Shown here piece after piece: positions 29,309 through 39,195 of a stretch of 64,000 nucleotides of DNA. This DNA comes from Phycisphaerae bacterium (GTDB lineage Bacteria; Planctomycetota; Phycisphaerae; UBA1845; Fen-1342): positions 1-64,000 of the forward strand of contig JASFQK010000021.1 of assembly GCA_050115495.1 (NCBI GenBank), in the 5' to 3' direction. The stretch's first letter is position 1, and every line of letters begins with the position of its first letter. The notes under the pieces were generated by a model. It was given only the letters and a program-made list of their open reading frames with translations. It was not told where the DNA came from and ran no database searches. A program made the translations under genes and the position numbers.

Positions 29309-29524
29309 GTGAAATCGCGATTGGATATCAAAGTCGAAGTTGGCGCGCGTGTGCGTGAGCTGCGCGAGGCCCGAGGGTGGTCCCAGGAAGAACTTGGCCA
29401 ACGCAGCGACCTTCACCGGAATTACATTGGCGGTCTTGAGCGCGGCGAGCGCAACGTTGGCATAGAGACGATCGCCAAGCTAGCTCGTGCTCTTCACGTT
29501 CGCCCTCGCGAGCTCCTACCGTAG
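29309..29524 (+). CDS. XRE HTH protein resembling restriction-modification controller (C) proteins
   Basis: G.RVRELR...GWSQEELG..S.LHRNYIGGLERGERNV....I.KLARAL. Confidence 0.8.
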   Translation: MKSRLDIKVEVGARVRELREARGWSQEELGQRSDLHRNYIGGLERGERNVGIETIAKLARALHVRPRELLP

Positions 29525-29619
29525 CGACGTCAGCCAGGAAACTCTGCATCCCCCCCCACCATTACCCCGCATCGAAGAAGTGTGTTCGCCCGGAAGCTTC
29601 GCCGGCACCGCCCGCCCAA

Positions 29620-29679
29620 GACGGCCGGCACGGAGACCGGCCGCTACGAAGGACGTCCGACACGGAGGTCGGACGCTAC
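29620..29679. repeat. Two GTAG REP hairpins
   Basis: cggccggcacggagaccggccgctac and gacgtccgacacggaggtcggacgctac, identical to copies at ~15429 and ~13947. Confidence 0.8.
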
Positions 29680-30833
29680 TGCGCGGCGTTCGACTGGGCA
29701 ATCTCGGCGTTGCGGCGCCACATGGCGGGGCGGGCGCGGCGGGTGGCGGAGTCGCGGGTGAGGCGTCGCCAGGAGCCGGCGCGGAGTTGGGTGAGGTCCG
29801 CTAGCGCCAGGCGGGCGGGGACAAGATCCGCCAGAAGGTGCGCATTCGTGCCAGCCGGCGCGCGACGGTTGTAGGGGCAGACGTTCTGGCACGCGTCACA
29901 GCCGAAGACCCACGTGCCCATTCGCCGGGCGAGGTCGGGGTCGATCGCGTCGCGGTGCTCGATCGTGAGGTAGCTGATGCACCGGCGGGCGTCCAGCGTG
30001 GTCGGAGCACGGGTCGACGTGCCGTCGCGTCGCCGCCAGGTCGGAAGACACTGCTCAAGAGCAGTGCCACACTCAGACGTACCCCCCGGACTGCAATGCT
30101 CGGAAGCAGCAGCACCCTCGGCGGTCGCTGGCGGCGGCAGCAACGCCGCCGTCGGGCACGCGTTCACGCATCGGCGGCAGTGGCCACAGCCGTTGGGGAG
30201 GGGCTTGTCGGGGGCGAGGTCGAGGGTGGTGAGGAGTTCGCCAAGGAGGAGGTGCGAGCCGAGCGTCGGGTGCACGAGGCAGGTGTTGCGCCCGATCCAG
30301 CCGAGTCCGGCCCGGGCGGCGAGCTCGCGTTCGAGGATCGGGGCGGCGTCGACGCAGGGTCGCCACTCGAACGCCTCGCCGAGACGATCGCGTAGCAGTC
30401 CCGCCAGCGCCTCGAGCATTCGTCCGATAACCACATGATAGTCCCGCCCGCGGGCGTACATGGCGATGTCGCCGGCCGGAACGCCGGGATTTGAGATTTG
30501 AGATCTCAGATTTGAGATTCCGCCAAGCGTGGGCGTGTCGCCGGGCTGAGGCGGATGGGCCGACGTGAGACCTGACACCCCGTCATTCGGCAGGCGGTGG
30601 CAGCTCAGGGCGACGCAGATGATCGACCGGGCCCCGGGGAGCAGCCGGGACGGCTCCCGGCGCATCGGGACGTGCCGGGCCAGGTAGGCCATCGTGCCGC
30701 CATAGCCGGCGGCGAGCCATTGCCTATAATACTCCGCGGTTTGCGAGGGACTGACATCTGTAACGCCCACCAGGTCGAATCCGGCGTCGTGACCCGCCTG
30801 TTTCACGACCTGGGCTCTGGTGACGGGCGTCAT
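29676..30833 (-). CDS. queG: tRNA epoxyqueuosine(34) reductase, with two in-frame insertions
   Basis: G.M.YL, YARGRDYH, VD.APILER.LA..AGLGWIGRN, CG.C..C...CPT, DARRCISYLTIEH, FGCD.CQ.VCPYN. Confidence 0.9.
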   Translation of the reverse strand: MTPVTRAQVVKQAGHDAGFDLVGVTDVSPSQTAEYYRQWLAAGYGGTMAYLARHVPMRREPSRLLPGARSIICVALSCHRLPNDGVSGLTSAHPPQPGDTPTLGGISNLRSQISNPGVPAGDIAMYARGRDYHVVIGRMLEALAGLLRDRLGEAFEWRPCVDAAPILERELAARAGLGWIGRNTCLVHPTLGSHLLLGELLTTLDLAPDKPLPNGCGHCRRCVNACPTAALLPPPATAEGAAASEHCSPGGTSECGTALEQCLPTWRRRDGTSTRAPTTLDARRCISYLTIEHRDAIDPDLARRMGTWVFGCDACQNVCPYNRRAPAGTNAHLLADLVPARLALADLTQLRAGSWRRLTRDSATRRARPAMWRRNAEIAQSNAAQ

Positions 30834-30907
30834 GTTGGTCGATGATACTGGGGTCACGAACGCTGGGCCAACCGATGCCAGAAGCGGAAGGCAGCCGGAG
30901 CAGTTTC

Positions 30908-31309
30908 ATGTTTAATTACGACTGGTTTCATGGGGATGGTCTCCGCCGGCAGATTGACGAAGCGAAGAATCGCTGCACGGCGAGGAAGTTCCCGGAGGCC
31001 ACGCCGGGCAACGGCTCGCCCGAGTGCAGCCAGTATTGGGAGTCATTAGAGACCCGCATTATCGTGTATCTCAAGGACGGGCTGAGCTACGAGATGCGCG
31101 AGATGGCGGATATCGGGACCAGCAGCGCCCTGGCGTTCGAGTGCGTGCCGGTGGACGAGAACTACCAGGTGGGGGCGTACGTGATCGTCGTCCCGTTCGA
31201 AGACGTGGCCCGGGTCGAGGTCTTCGCGGTCCATCCGGACGAGAAGCCGCAAGACAACATCCGCATCCCGGGATTCAACAAGGCGTCAGCGGACGGCGGA
31301 CGGCCCTAA
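30908..31309 (+). CDS. Hypothetical protein
   Basis: GC3-biased open frame, globular composition. Confidence 0.6.
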   Translation: MFNYDWFHGDGLRRQIDEAKNRCTARKFPEATPGNGSPECSQYWESLETRIIVYLKDGLSYEMREMADIGTSSALAFECVPVDENYQVGAYVIVVPFEDVARVEVFAVHPDEKPQDNIRIPGFNKASADGGRP

Positions 31310-31372
31310 ATAGGGGTCCAGGTTCGCAATCCGGTGCCATCAGGTGTGGGGGACGGATATCGATTTGCGTTC

Positions 31373-31469
31373 GACGGCCGACATGGAGGTCGGCCGCTAC
31401 GCATTTGTCGCCCGTCGCGAGAACGGGCGTGTGTCGCCATCGACGTCGGCCACGGGGGGCCGGCGCTAC
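31373..31469. repeat. Two GTAG REP hairpins
   Basis: gacggccgacatggaggtcggccgctac; gacgtcggccacggggggccggcgctac. Confidence 0.7.
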
Positions 31470-31608
31470 AGAAGGCGGGGTAATCCGGGACAGTTAATCG
31501 GTTTTTCGCTTACGTGGCGGGCGAGTTTCTGTCTATCATACGGCCTCGCCGCCAGACGTGGCGAGGCACCGGGACACTCGGCGGCTTCATGTACCGGATC
31601 ACATACTC

Positions 31609-32412
31609 ATGCTGATGAAGAACCAACCATTGATCATGCTGCTCGTGTTGGCGGCGGCGGTGACGGCGCTCTGCGGTTGCGGGCCGACGTTCGGGCCCCA
31701 GGCGGAATACGGCATCACGTTCTACTGCCCGGGGGCGGGCAACATCGACTTCGGCGATCAGGGCATCCGCCAGGGGCTCCGCCGAGCCGGCTACCGCGGG
31801 CAGGTCGCGTCGGTGATGTGGACGGTGTCGTTCAACCCGGCGATCGACCAGCGGCTGGGCAACGCCCGGCTGGGCGGCACGCGGCTGGCCCGCTACATCG
31901 AGGATTACATCGAACGCTTCCCCGATCGCGAAGTGAACGTGGTCGGGCTGTCGGCGGGGACCGGCGTCGCGGTGTGGGCGATGGAGGATCTGAAGGAGGG
32001 GTACAAGGTCAACAACGTCATCCTGCTAAGCTCGAGCCTGTACTACCGGTACGACGTGAGCAAGGCGCTGCGGCGCGTGAAGGGTCAGATCTACAACTTC
32101 TACTCGAGCGAAGACCCGATTCTCGCCGGCCCGATGAAGATCTTCGGGACGGTGGACGGGAAGTTCGGCGAGGACGGGGCGGGCGCGGTCGGGCTGCACC
32201 CCCCTACCGGCGAAGAGCGCATCGTGAACATCGCGTGGTGCCCCGAGTTCCGGCAGTACGGGTACTACGGCGGACACACCGACGTGACCAGCCCGGACTT
32301 CGTGTACGCCCGAATCGCGCAGTACATCACGGAAGCCGTGTCGAACGCACGGCCGTATGTAAACTCCGCCATTGCGCAGGCGACAGGGCATCCGGCCGCA
32401 CCTCGGGATTGA
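31609..32412 (+). CDS. Alpha/beta hydrolase-fold lipoprotein
   Basis: lipobox LCGC; GLSAGT nucleophile motif; YYGGH. Confidence 0.7.
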   Translation: MLMKNQPLIMLLVLAAAVTALCGCGPTFGPQAEYGITFYCPGAGNIDFGDQGIRQGLRRAGYRGQVASVMWTVSFNPAIDQRLGNARLGGTRLARYIEDYIERFPDREVNVVGLSAGTGVAVWAMEDLKEGYKVNNVILLSSSLYYRYDVSKALRRVKGQIYNFYSSEDPILAGPMKIFGTVDGKFGEDGAGAVGLHPPTGEERIVNIAWCPEFRQYGYYGGHTDVTSPDFVYARIAQYITEAVSNARPYVNSAIAQATGHPAAPRD

Positions 32413-33208
32413 CGCCGGCGCGGCCGAAGACGACCGCCGGCTCGGGCACGTCCCAGTGACGGGCGGCGGCCTTGAGCATCTTCCGGCGGTGAACGAAGCT
32501 CTCCCTGACGAAACGGACGAAATCGGGCACGTCCTCGACGCCGGTGTCGGCGCGAGGCCGCGGGCGAAGGCATAGCGCAACCGATTCGACCGCCGGCCGT
32601 GGCCAGAACGCCGTCGGCGGGATGATGGCGACGGGCTCGACGGCGGCGAGCGTCTCGGTGATGACGGAGACGGGGCCGTAAGCGTCGGTGCCGGCGGCGG
32701 CGGCGAGGCGGTCGGCGACCTCCTTCTGAATCGTGCAGACGAGCAGGTCGAACGGCAGCGGCGTGTAGAGCAGCTCCATCAGCAGCGGGGTGGCGATCTG
32801 ATAGGGCAGGTTGGCGACGAGCCGGCAGCGGGTGGCACCGTGCCGGGCCAGCGTCTGCTCGAGCACGTTCAGGACGAGGGGGTTGATCTCGTGCTTGCCG
32901 GCGAGGGCATCACCCTGGATGAGGCTGAAGGCGGGGTGGCCGCCGAGACGGTCGCGCAGGATGCCCTGGAGACCGTGGTCGATCTCGACGCCAACGACGT
33001 GCGTGCCGGCGTCGAGCAGCATTTCCGTGAGTGAGCCGGTACCGCAGCCGACTTCGAGGACGACGTCGCCGGGTTGAAGGCCGGCGGCGTCGACCAGCTT
33101 GCGCATCAGGTTGAGGTCGATGAGGAAGTTCTGTCCGAAGCGGTGGAGCGGGCTGAGCCCGGCACCGCCGAGGAGGGCGCGAATGTCGCTGAGCGTCTGA
33201 CCGGCCAT
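32327..33208 (-). CDS. rsmA: 16S rRNA adenine dimethyltransferase
   Basis: FGQNFLID, VLEVGCGTG, VEID, VANLPYQI, QKEVADR, FWPRP.VES. Confidence 0.93.
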   Translation of the reverse strand: MAGQTLSDIRALLGGAGLSPLHRFGQNFLIDLNLMRKLVDAAGLQPGDVVLEVGCGTGSLTEMLLDAGTHVVGVEIDHGLQGILRDRLGGHPAFSLIQGDALAGKHEINPLVLNVLEQTLARHGATRCRLVANLPYQIATPLLMELLYTPLPFDLLVCTIQKEVADRLAAAAGTDAYGPVSVITETLAAVEPVAIIPPTAFWPRPAVESVALCLRPRPRADTGVEDVPDFVRFVRESFVHRRKMLKAAARHWDVPEPAVVFGRAGVNPEVRPDALSPAQWRSLHTAVRSTRLP

Positions 33209-33377
33209 GTGAAGGGATGGTCGGGGAAAGCCGGCCGGGGGGCAAGATGAGGGGCGGGAAGGCGACCGAACCGGTCGTCAATTGTTGGGTGCTTGTTCTC
33301 TGCGTCTGCCTGGCAGATGATGCGTCCCTGGCTCGGCGGCGGGTGGGCCGCGGCGGGCCTGAGATCGCCGGGAGCAT

Positions 33378-34763
33378 ATGATGCGCAGTGGTTTGTTGCT
33401 GGTTGTACTGAGTGTGGGGCTGCTGCTCGGCGCGGCGGGGTGCACGTCGGCGAGCCGGCTGGACCTGGCGGAACGGACCGGGGGCAACGCCGCGTTGTTC
33501 GGGCAGTTTCGGGCATACGACGGGCGGACGGGCAAGCCGCTGTCGTTCGCTGATGTCGTGCGACGGTGCGCGCGGGCGGACGTCGTGCTGTTCGGCGAGG
33601 AGCACGGCGCGGCCGTGTGCAATCAGCTCGAGGCGCAGCTTCTCGGGGCCCTGCTGGCCGAGAAACGACCGGTAACGCTGGCGATGGAGTTCTTCGAGGC
33701 GGATACGCAAGCCGACCTCGATGCGTATCTGCGCGGACGGCTGGACGAAGAGGCGTTTCGCGAGCAGGCGCGGCAAGGGCGGGCGTACACGCTGAGTCAC
33801 CGACCGCTGATCGAGCTGTGTCGCGTGTCACGGTCGCCGGTGGTGGCGGCGAATGCGCCGCGGCGGCTGGTGAGCGCGTACCGCAAGTCGGGCGACACAT
33901 ACGACGTGTTCCGAGCGGGGCTCGAGCCGGCGGAGAAACGTTGGCTGCCGGTCGAGTGTGAGTACGTTCACGGAACGTACGAAGAGCGGTTCATGGGAGT
34001 GATGTCCGGACACGTCGGCGGCGGCATGCGGCGAACGGCGACGACGCAGCCAGCCGCGACATCGCAACCAACGTCGGCGCCGGCGGGGATGATGGGTGGG
34101 ATGGCGGAAGAGGCGGCCGATGAAACGGCGGGCGGAACCCGCCCTACCGAAGAGGCGGCGACCCAACCGGCGGGAGAATCGCAACCGTCATCGGCGCCGG
34201 TTGACGTAACGAGCGAAACGGCGGGCGAAGCCCGGCCTACGGCCGCGTCACAGTCGACGACGCAGCCCAGCATGCAGCCGGCCACGCAACCCAGTACGCA
34301 ACCGGCCGAGTCGCCGGCGTCGCAGCCTGTTGGCGGACCGCCGCCGGGGATGAATCCGCGAGCGTTCTACCAGGCGCAGCTGCTGTGGGATCAGGCGATG
34401 GCTGAGGCGATCGCGGACGTGCGGGAGCAGGAGCCGGCGCGGCGGGTGATGCTGGTGGTCGGCGGGTTCCACGTGGCGAGTGAAGGTGGAACAGCGGTGA
34501 AGCTACACGGTCTGCGGCCGCGTGACCGCGTGTGCACCGTGGTTTATCAGGGGACCAGCGACGGCGCACTGGCATTCGACGAAACCGATCGGGACGCGGG
34601 CGATATCATCATCTACGGCATGGAGCCGCCGCCCAAAGAGGAGCTGGCCAGGATGCCGAAGTCGATGCCGACGACGACGCAACCCACAACGCAACCGGCG
34701 ACGACTGCCCCGGCATCCATGCCGTCGAGCGCTTCGCCGACTACTGACAAACGGGGCCTATAA
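33378..34763 (+). CDS. ChaN-family lipoprotein with a long TQP-rich insertion
   Basis: lipobox AAGC; DVVLFGEEH, LAMEFFE, AANAPR, AQLLWDQAMA, VGGFHV. Confidence 0.8.
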   Translation: MMRSGLLLVVLSVGLLLGAAGCTSASRLDLAERTGGNAALFGQFRAYDGRTGKPLSFADVVRRCARADVVLFGEEHGAAVCNQLEAQLLGALLAEKRPVTLAMEFFEADTQADLDAYLRGRLDEEAFREQARQGRAYTLSHRPLIELCRVSRSPVVAANAPRRLVSAYRKSGDTYDVFRAGLEPAEKRWLPVECEYVHGTYEERFMGVMSGHVGGGMRRTATTQPAATSQPTSAPAGMMGGMAEEAADETAGGTRPTEEAATQPAGESQPSSAPVDVTSETAGEARPTAASQSTTQPSMQPATQPSTQPAESPASQPVGGPPPGMNPRAFYQAQLLWDQAMAEAIADVREQEPARRVMLVVGGFHVASEGGTAVKLHGLRPRDRVCTVVYQGTSDGALAFDETDRDAGDIIIYGMEPPPKEELARMPKSMPTTTQPTTQPATTAPASMPSSASPTTDKRGL

Positions 34764-35007
34764 TGGTGATGGTGGCGCGGCGACGGGTACGCCGAACGTA
34801 CGGCGCGGGCCGCGGGCAGGAATCGGACATCGTTAGTCGATCACAGAGCGGGCACATGCTGCTGGCACGCGAGTTGCAGCCGTACCGCACGGGCTGTGAG
34901 CCATGCGCAGCGAACCCGGACGATCCGGGACGCACCGTACTCCCCCGCCGATCGCGGCCGGCGAATCCCCCGCCGGCTGTCGAAATTCGCACAGGAGACT
35001 GGGTACT

Positions 35008-37170
35008 ATGACCCGAACCGCCATCGGGGCCGAACCGACCTCGGCCACTCCAATCGACCTGGAACCGCTATTCGCCCCGCAGTCGATCGCCATCGTCGGC
35101 GCCTCGCGCAAAGCCGGCGGCGTCGGTTACGCGCTGGTCCACAACATGATCCACGCGGGATACACCGGCGTGCTGTACCCCATTAACCCGAAAACACGCG
35201 CCATCCTCGGCAACCCGTGTGTGAAGAGCGTGTCGGCTATCGACGGCAAGGTCGACCTGGTCGTGCTGGCCATTCCCCCGCAGATGATTCCGGACGCGAT
35301 CCTGGAGTCGGCGGAGCACGGCACGCGGCACTTCGTGGTCATCTCGGCCGGCTTCAAGGAGGTCGGCGGTGAGGGCGTCGAACGCGAGCGTCGGCTGCGC
35401 GAGATCGCCATCGAGCGCAACCTGACCATCGTCGGCCCGAACTGCCTGGGCGTGATCAACACCGACCCGGCAGTGGGCATGAACGCCACGTTCGGCCGGA
35501 CGCAGCCGCGGGTGGGAGCGCTGGGGCTGATCTCGCAGAGCGGTGCGTTGTGCACGGCCCTGCTGGACTACGCCGCCGGCATCGACATGGGCTTCTCGCG
35601 GTTCGTGAGCTTCGGCAACAAGGTGGCGGTCGACGAGTGCGACCTGCTGCGTTCGCTGGCGGCGGACCCGCGCACGAAGGTCATCCTGATGTACGTCGAG
35701 GAGCTGGGCAGTGGGCGGGCCTTTGTGGATACGTGCTACGAAATCACGCACGGTCCGCACGCGAAGCCGATCCTGGCGATCAAGACGGGGCGCACGACCG
35801 AGGGGGCAGCAGCAGCAGCCTCGCACACCGGTTCACTGGCCGGTTCGGACGAGGTGTACGACGCCATCCTGCAACAGGCGGGCGTGATTCGTGTGGAATC
35901 GGTGAAGGAGCTGTTCGACTACGCGGCGGCGTTTTCGGATCCGGCCCTGCCGCACGGGCGACGGGTGGCGATCGTCACCAACGCCGGCGGCCCCGGCATC
36001 ATGGCCACCGACGCCTGCATCCGTAGTGGGATGAAGCTGGCCAAGTTCCAGGATTACACGCAGAAGTCGTTGCGGTACCAGTTGCCGCCGACGGCGAGCA
36101 TCAAGAACCCGGTGGACGTGATCGGGGATGCGAAGCACGATCGCTACCGGCTGGCGTTCGACGCGGTGTGCGCGGACGAGGGCGTGGACCAGACGGTCGT
36201 GATCGTCACGCCGCAGACTATGACGGACGTGACGGAAATCGCGAACGAGATCTGCGAGGTGCGAACGTTCAGCAACAAGCCGGTGGCGGCGTGCCTGATG
36301 GGGCTGGTGGACGTGTCGGCCGGCGTGCAGTTGCTCCAGAAGCGCGGCGTGCCGACGTACGTCTTCCCGGAAGACGCCATGCGGTCGCTGGAGGCCAAGT
36401 GCCGGTTCGCCGAGGGCGTTCGCGCTCCGACGCGTAACTACCGCACGTTTGAGGTGAACGCGCCGGCGGTGACGAAAGTCTTCGACGACGAGTTGGCCGC
36501 CGGCCGGACCCAACTCATCGAGCTGAAGGCCCTGGACGTCTTCAAGCAGTACGGCTTCCCGGTGGTGCCCTACCATCTGGCGGAGAGTGCCAAGGCGGCG
36601 GCCGCCGCGGCTACCGAGATCGGCCTGCCCGTCGTGCTGAAGATCGTCGGGCCGAAGATCCTGCACAAGACGGACGTCGGTGGCGTGCGGCTGAACCTGA
36701 AGACGGAAGACGCCGTGCGGACGGCGTACGACGAGATGATCGCCGCGGTCCGCGACAAGATGGGGGCGGAGGTGGAGATCTGGGGCGTGCTGGTGCAGAA
36801 GATGCTGCCGCGGGGCAAGGAGATCATCCTGGGCATGACCCGCGATCCGAAGTTCGGGCCGCTGCTCATGTTCGGCCTAGGCGGCATCTACACCGAGGCC
36901 CTGCGCGACGTGTCGTTCCGGCTCGCACCGCTACGGGAGAACGTGGCAGCGGAGATGGTCCGGGACATCCGCTCCTTCCGGCTGCTGGAAGGCGTCCGCG
37001 GGGAGAAGCCGTCGGACGTCGGCGCGGTGGCCGACTGTCTGCTGCGGCTGTCGCAACTGGTCACGGATCACCCGCGCATTAAGGAACTGGACATCAACCC
37101 GCTGATCGTCTACGGAAAGGGAGACGGGGCAACCGTCGCGGACGCACGGATCATCCTCTCGGAGAAATAA
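35008..37170 (+). CDS. Acetate/acyl-CoA ligase (ADP-forming), alpha-beta fusion
   Basis: P.SIAIVGAS, GPNCLG, SQSGA, ASHTGSLAG (catalytic His), TNAGGPG, HKTDVGGV, FGLGG, ELDINP; RBS aggag. Confidence 0.9.
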   Translation: MTRTAIGAEPTSATPIDLEPLFAPQSIAIVGASRKAGGVGYALVHNMIHAGYTGVLYPINPKTRAILGNPCVKSVSAIDGKVDLVVLAIPPQMIPDAILESAEHGTRHFVVISAGFKEVGGEGVERERRLREIAIERNLTIVGPNCLGVINTDPAVGMNATFGRTQPRVGALGLISQSGALCTALLDYAAGIDMGFSRFVSFGNKVAVDECDLLRSLAADPRTKVILMYVEELGSGRAFVDTCYEITHGPHAKPILAIKTGRTTEGAAAAASHTGSLAGSDEVYDAILQQAGVIRVESVKELFDYAAAFSDPALPHGRRVAIVTNAGGPGIMATDACIRSGMKLAKFQDYTQKSLRYQLPPTASIKNPVDVIGDAKHDRYRLAFDAVCADEGVDQTVVIVTPQTMTDVTEIANEICEVRTFSNKPVAACLMGLVDVSAGVQLLQKRGVPTYVFPEDAMRSLEAKCRFAEGVRAPTRNYRTFEVNAPAVTKVFDDELAAGRTQLIELKALDVFKQYGFPVVPYHLAESAKAAAAAATEIGLPVVLKIVGPKILHKTDVGGVRLNLKTEDAVRTAYDEMIAAVRDKMGAEVEIWGVLVQKMLPRGKEIILGMTRDPKFGPLLMFGLGGIYTEALRDVSFRLAPLRENVAAEMVRDIRSFRLLEGVRGEKPSDVGAVADCLLRLSQLVTDHPRIKELDINPLIVYGKGDGATVADARIILSEK

Positions 37171-37228
37171 CAGGGCCGAACCGCCGGTGCCCGCCGATCG
37201 CCGCGGGCCGAGCTTGGAGATTGAATCC

Positions 37229-39112
37229 ATGGCAACGGATTGGACGCAACGTTACGCCGACAAGACCATCAGCGCCGAGGAGACCGTCGCGAAGATTCGT
37301 CCGGGCGACCGGGTATTCATCGGCTCCGCGTGCGGTGAGCCGCAGGCGCTGGTGCGGGCGCTGTCGAAGCTGAGCGACCGGCTGACCGACACCGAGCTGC
37401 TGCACGTGCTGACGCTGGGCGTGGCGCCGTACACGGATCCGCGGTACGCGGGGAACGTGCGGGCCAACGCGTTCTTCATCGGCAACAGCGTGCGGGACGC
37501 CGTGAACGATACGCGGGCCGACTACACGCCTGTGTTCCTGTCGCAGGTACCGGCGCTGTTCAAGTCGCGGCGGCTGAGCATCGACGTGGCCCTGGTGACG
37601 ATCAGCCCGCCGGACGAGCACGGCAACGCCAGCCTGGGCGTGTCGGTGGACATCACGCGGGCGGCGGTGGACGCGGCGAAGCTGGTGATCGCCCAGGTGA
37701 ACAAGCACATGCCGCGAACGCTGGGCGACGCGTTCGTGAACGTGAGCCAGATCGACTGGCTGGTGCAGCACGACGAGCCGCTGCTGGAATGGCCGGGCGG
37801 CGGCGAGCCGGACGAGACGACGCGGTTGCTGGCGGCGAACCTGGCCCGGCTGGTGCCGGATGGAGCGACGCTGCAACTGGGCATCGGCCGCATTCCGGAC
37901 GCGGTGCTGGGTCTGCTGACGAACAAGCACGACCTCGGCATTCACACGGAGATGTTCTCCGACGGCGTGCTGAAGCTGACCGAGGCCGGCGTGATCACGG
38001 GCAAGCACAAGACCCTGCACCGCGGGAAGATCGTGGGCAGCTTCGCGGCGGGCTCGCACCGGCTGTTCCAGTTCCTGGACAACAACCCGCAGATCGAGAT
38101 GCGGCCGTCGGAGTACACCAACAGCCCGTTCATCATCGCCCAGCACGACAACATGGTGGCGATTAACTCGGCGCTCGAGGTGGATCTGACCGGACAGATC
38201 GTGGCCGACTCGCTGGGGCAGACGCTGTATAGCGGCCTCGGCGGGCACGCCGACTTCATGCGCGGGGCGGCCCTGGCCAAGAACGGCAAGCCGATCATCG
38301 CGGTGCCGAGCACGGCGGAGACGCCGGACGGTGTACGTTCGCGTATCGTGGCGACGCTTCAGCCGGGGGCGGGCGTGATCACGACGCGGGGCGACGTGCA
38401 CTACGTGGTGACCGAATACGGCAGCGCCTACCTGCACGGCAAGACGATGCGGGAGCGGGCCATGTCACTGATCAGCATCGCCCATCCGGACTTCCGGGCG
38501 GAGTTGCTGCACGCCGCGAAGCGCCGGCGGATCGTGTACCCGAACCAGATCATGCCGCCGCCGCGGGCGCCCTATCCGGCGCAGTACGAGGCGACGTTCA
38601 ACATGCGGGACGGCGGGCAGGCGTTCGTGCGGCCGATCCGGCCGGACGATGAGCCGCTGATGCGGGAGATGTTCTACGAGTTCAGCGAGCAGACGGTGTA
38701 CCTGCGGTACCACGCCTCGCTGAAGTCGATGCCGCACAACAAGCTGCAAGTCTTCTGCAACGTGGACTACGAGAGCGAGATGGCCCTGATCGCCCTGGTC
38801 GGGCCGCCGGGCAACGAAGAGGTCGTGGGCGTGGGGCGCTACATGACGGACGCGGCCACGCAATCGGCGGAGGTGGCGTTCACCGTAACGGACAGCTACC
38901 AGAAGCAGGGGCTGGGCACGTACCTGTTCGAGCGGCTGGTCGAGATCGCCCAGGCGCGGGGCATCCGGTTCTTCCATGCGTACGTGCTGGTGGAGAACGC
39001 GGGCATGCTGAAGATCTTCCACCGGTCCGGGCTGAACATCGAGACATCCAAGGAAGGCGACGTGGTGCGCGTCGAAATGACGCTGCCGGAGCGGCCGCCG
39101 GAGAACCGCTAA
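37229..39112 (+). CDS. Acetyl-CoA hydrolase/transferase fused to C-terminal GNAT acetyltransferase
   Basis: GEPQ.L, ADYTP.FLS, LQLGIG, HTEMFSDG, VDLTGQ, RGDVHYVV; GNAT AEVAF.V...YQKQGLG. Confidence 0.88.
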   Translation: MATDWTQRYADKTISAEETVAKIRPGDRVFIGSACGEPQALVRALSKLSDRLTDTELLHVLTLGVAPYTDPRYAGNVRANAFFIGNSVRDAVNDTRADYTPVFLSQVPALFKSRRLSIDVALVTISPPDEHGNASLGVSVDITRAAVDAAKLVIAQVNKHMPRTLGDAFVNVSQIDWLVQHDEPLLEWPGGGEPDETTRLLAANLARLVPDGATLQLGIGRIPDAVLGLLTNKHDLGIHTEMFSDGVLKLTEAGVITGKHKTLHRGKIVGSFAAGSHRLFQFLDNNPQIEMRPSEYTNSPFIIAQHDNMVAINSALEVDLTGQIVADSLGQTLYSGLGGHADFMRGAALAKNGKPIIAVPSTAETPDGVRSRIVATLQPGAGVITTRGDVHYVVTEYGSAYLHGKTMRERAMSLISIAHPDFRAELLHAAKRRRIVYPNQIMPPPRAPYPAQYEATFNMRDGGQAFVRPIRPDDEPLMREMFYEFSEQTVYLRYHASLKSMPHNKLQVFCNVDYESEMALIALVGPPGNEEVVGVGRYMTDAATQSAEVAFTVTDSYQKQGLGTYLFERLVEIAQARGIRFFHAYVLVENAGMLKIFHRSGLNIETSKEGDVVRVEMTLPERPPENR

Positions 39113-39195
39113 GCAACAGTTCCCGTTGCAGCGCAGGGAGAACGTGGCCGGAGGGCCGTGGCGTACCACATCATGGGGCCACTCAGGAGCAGTGC

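Noticed and set aside
23593..29524. Prophage, IS or integron call for the island
   Set aside because: No integrase, transposase, structural gene, attC site or target-site duplication found
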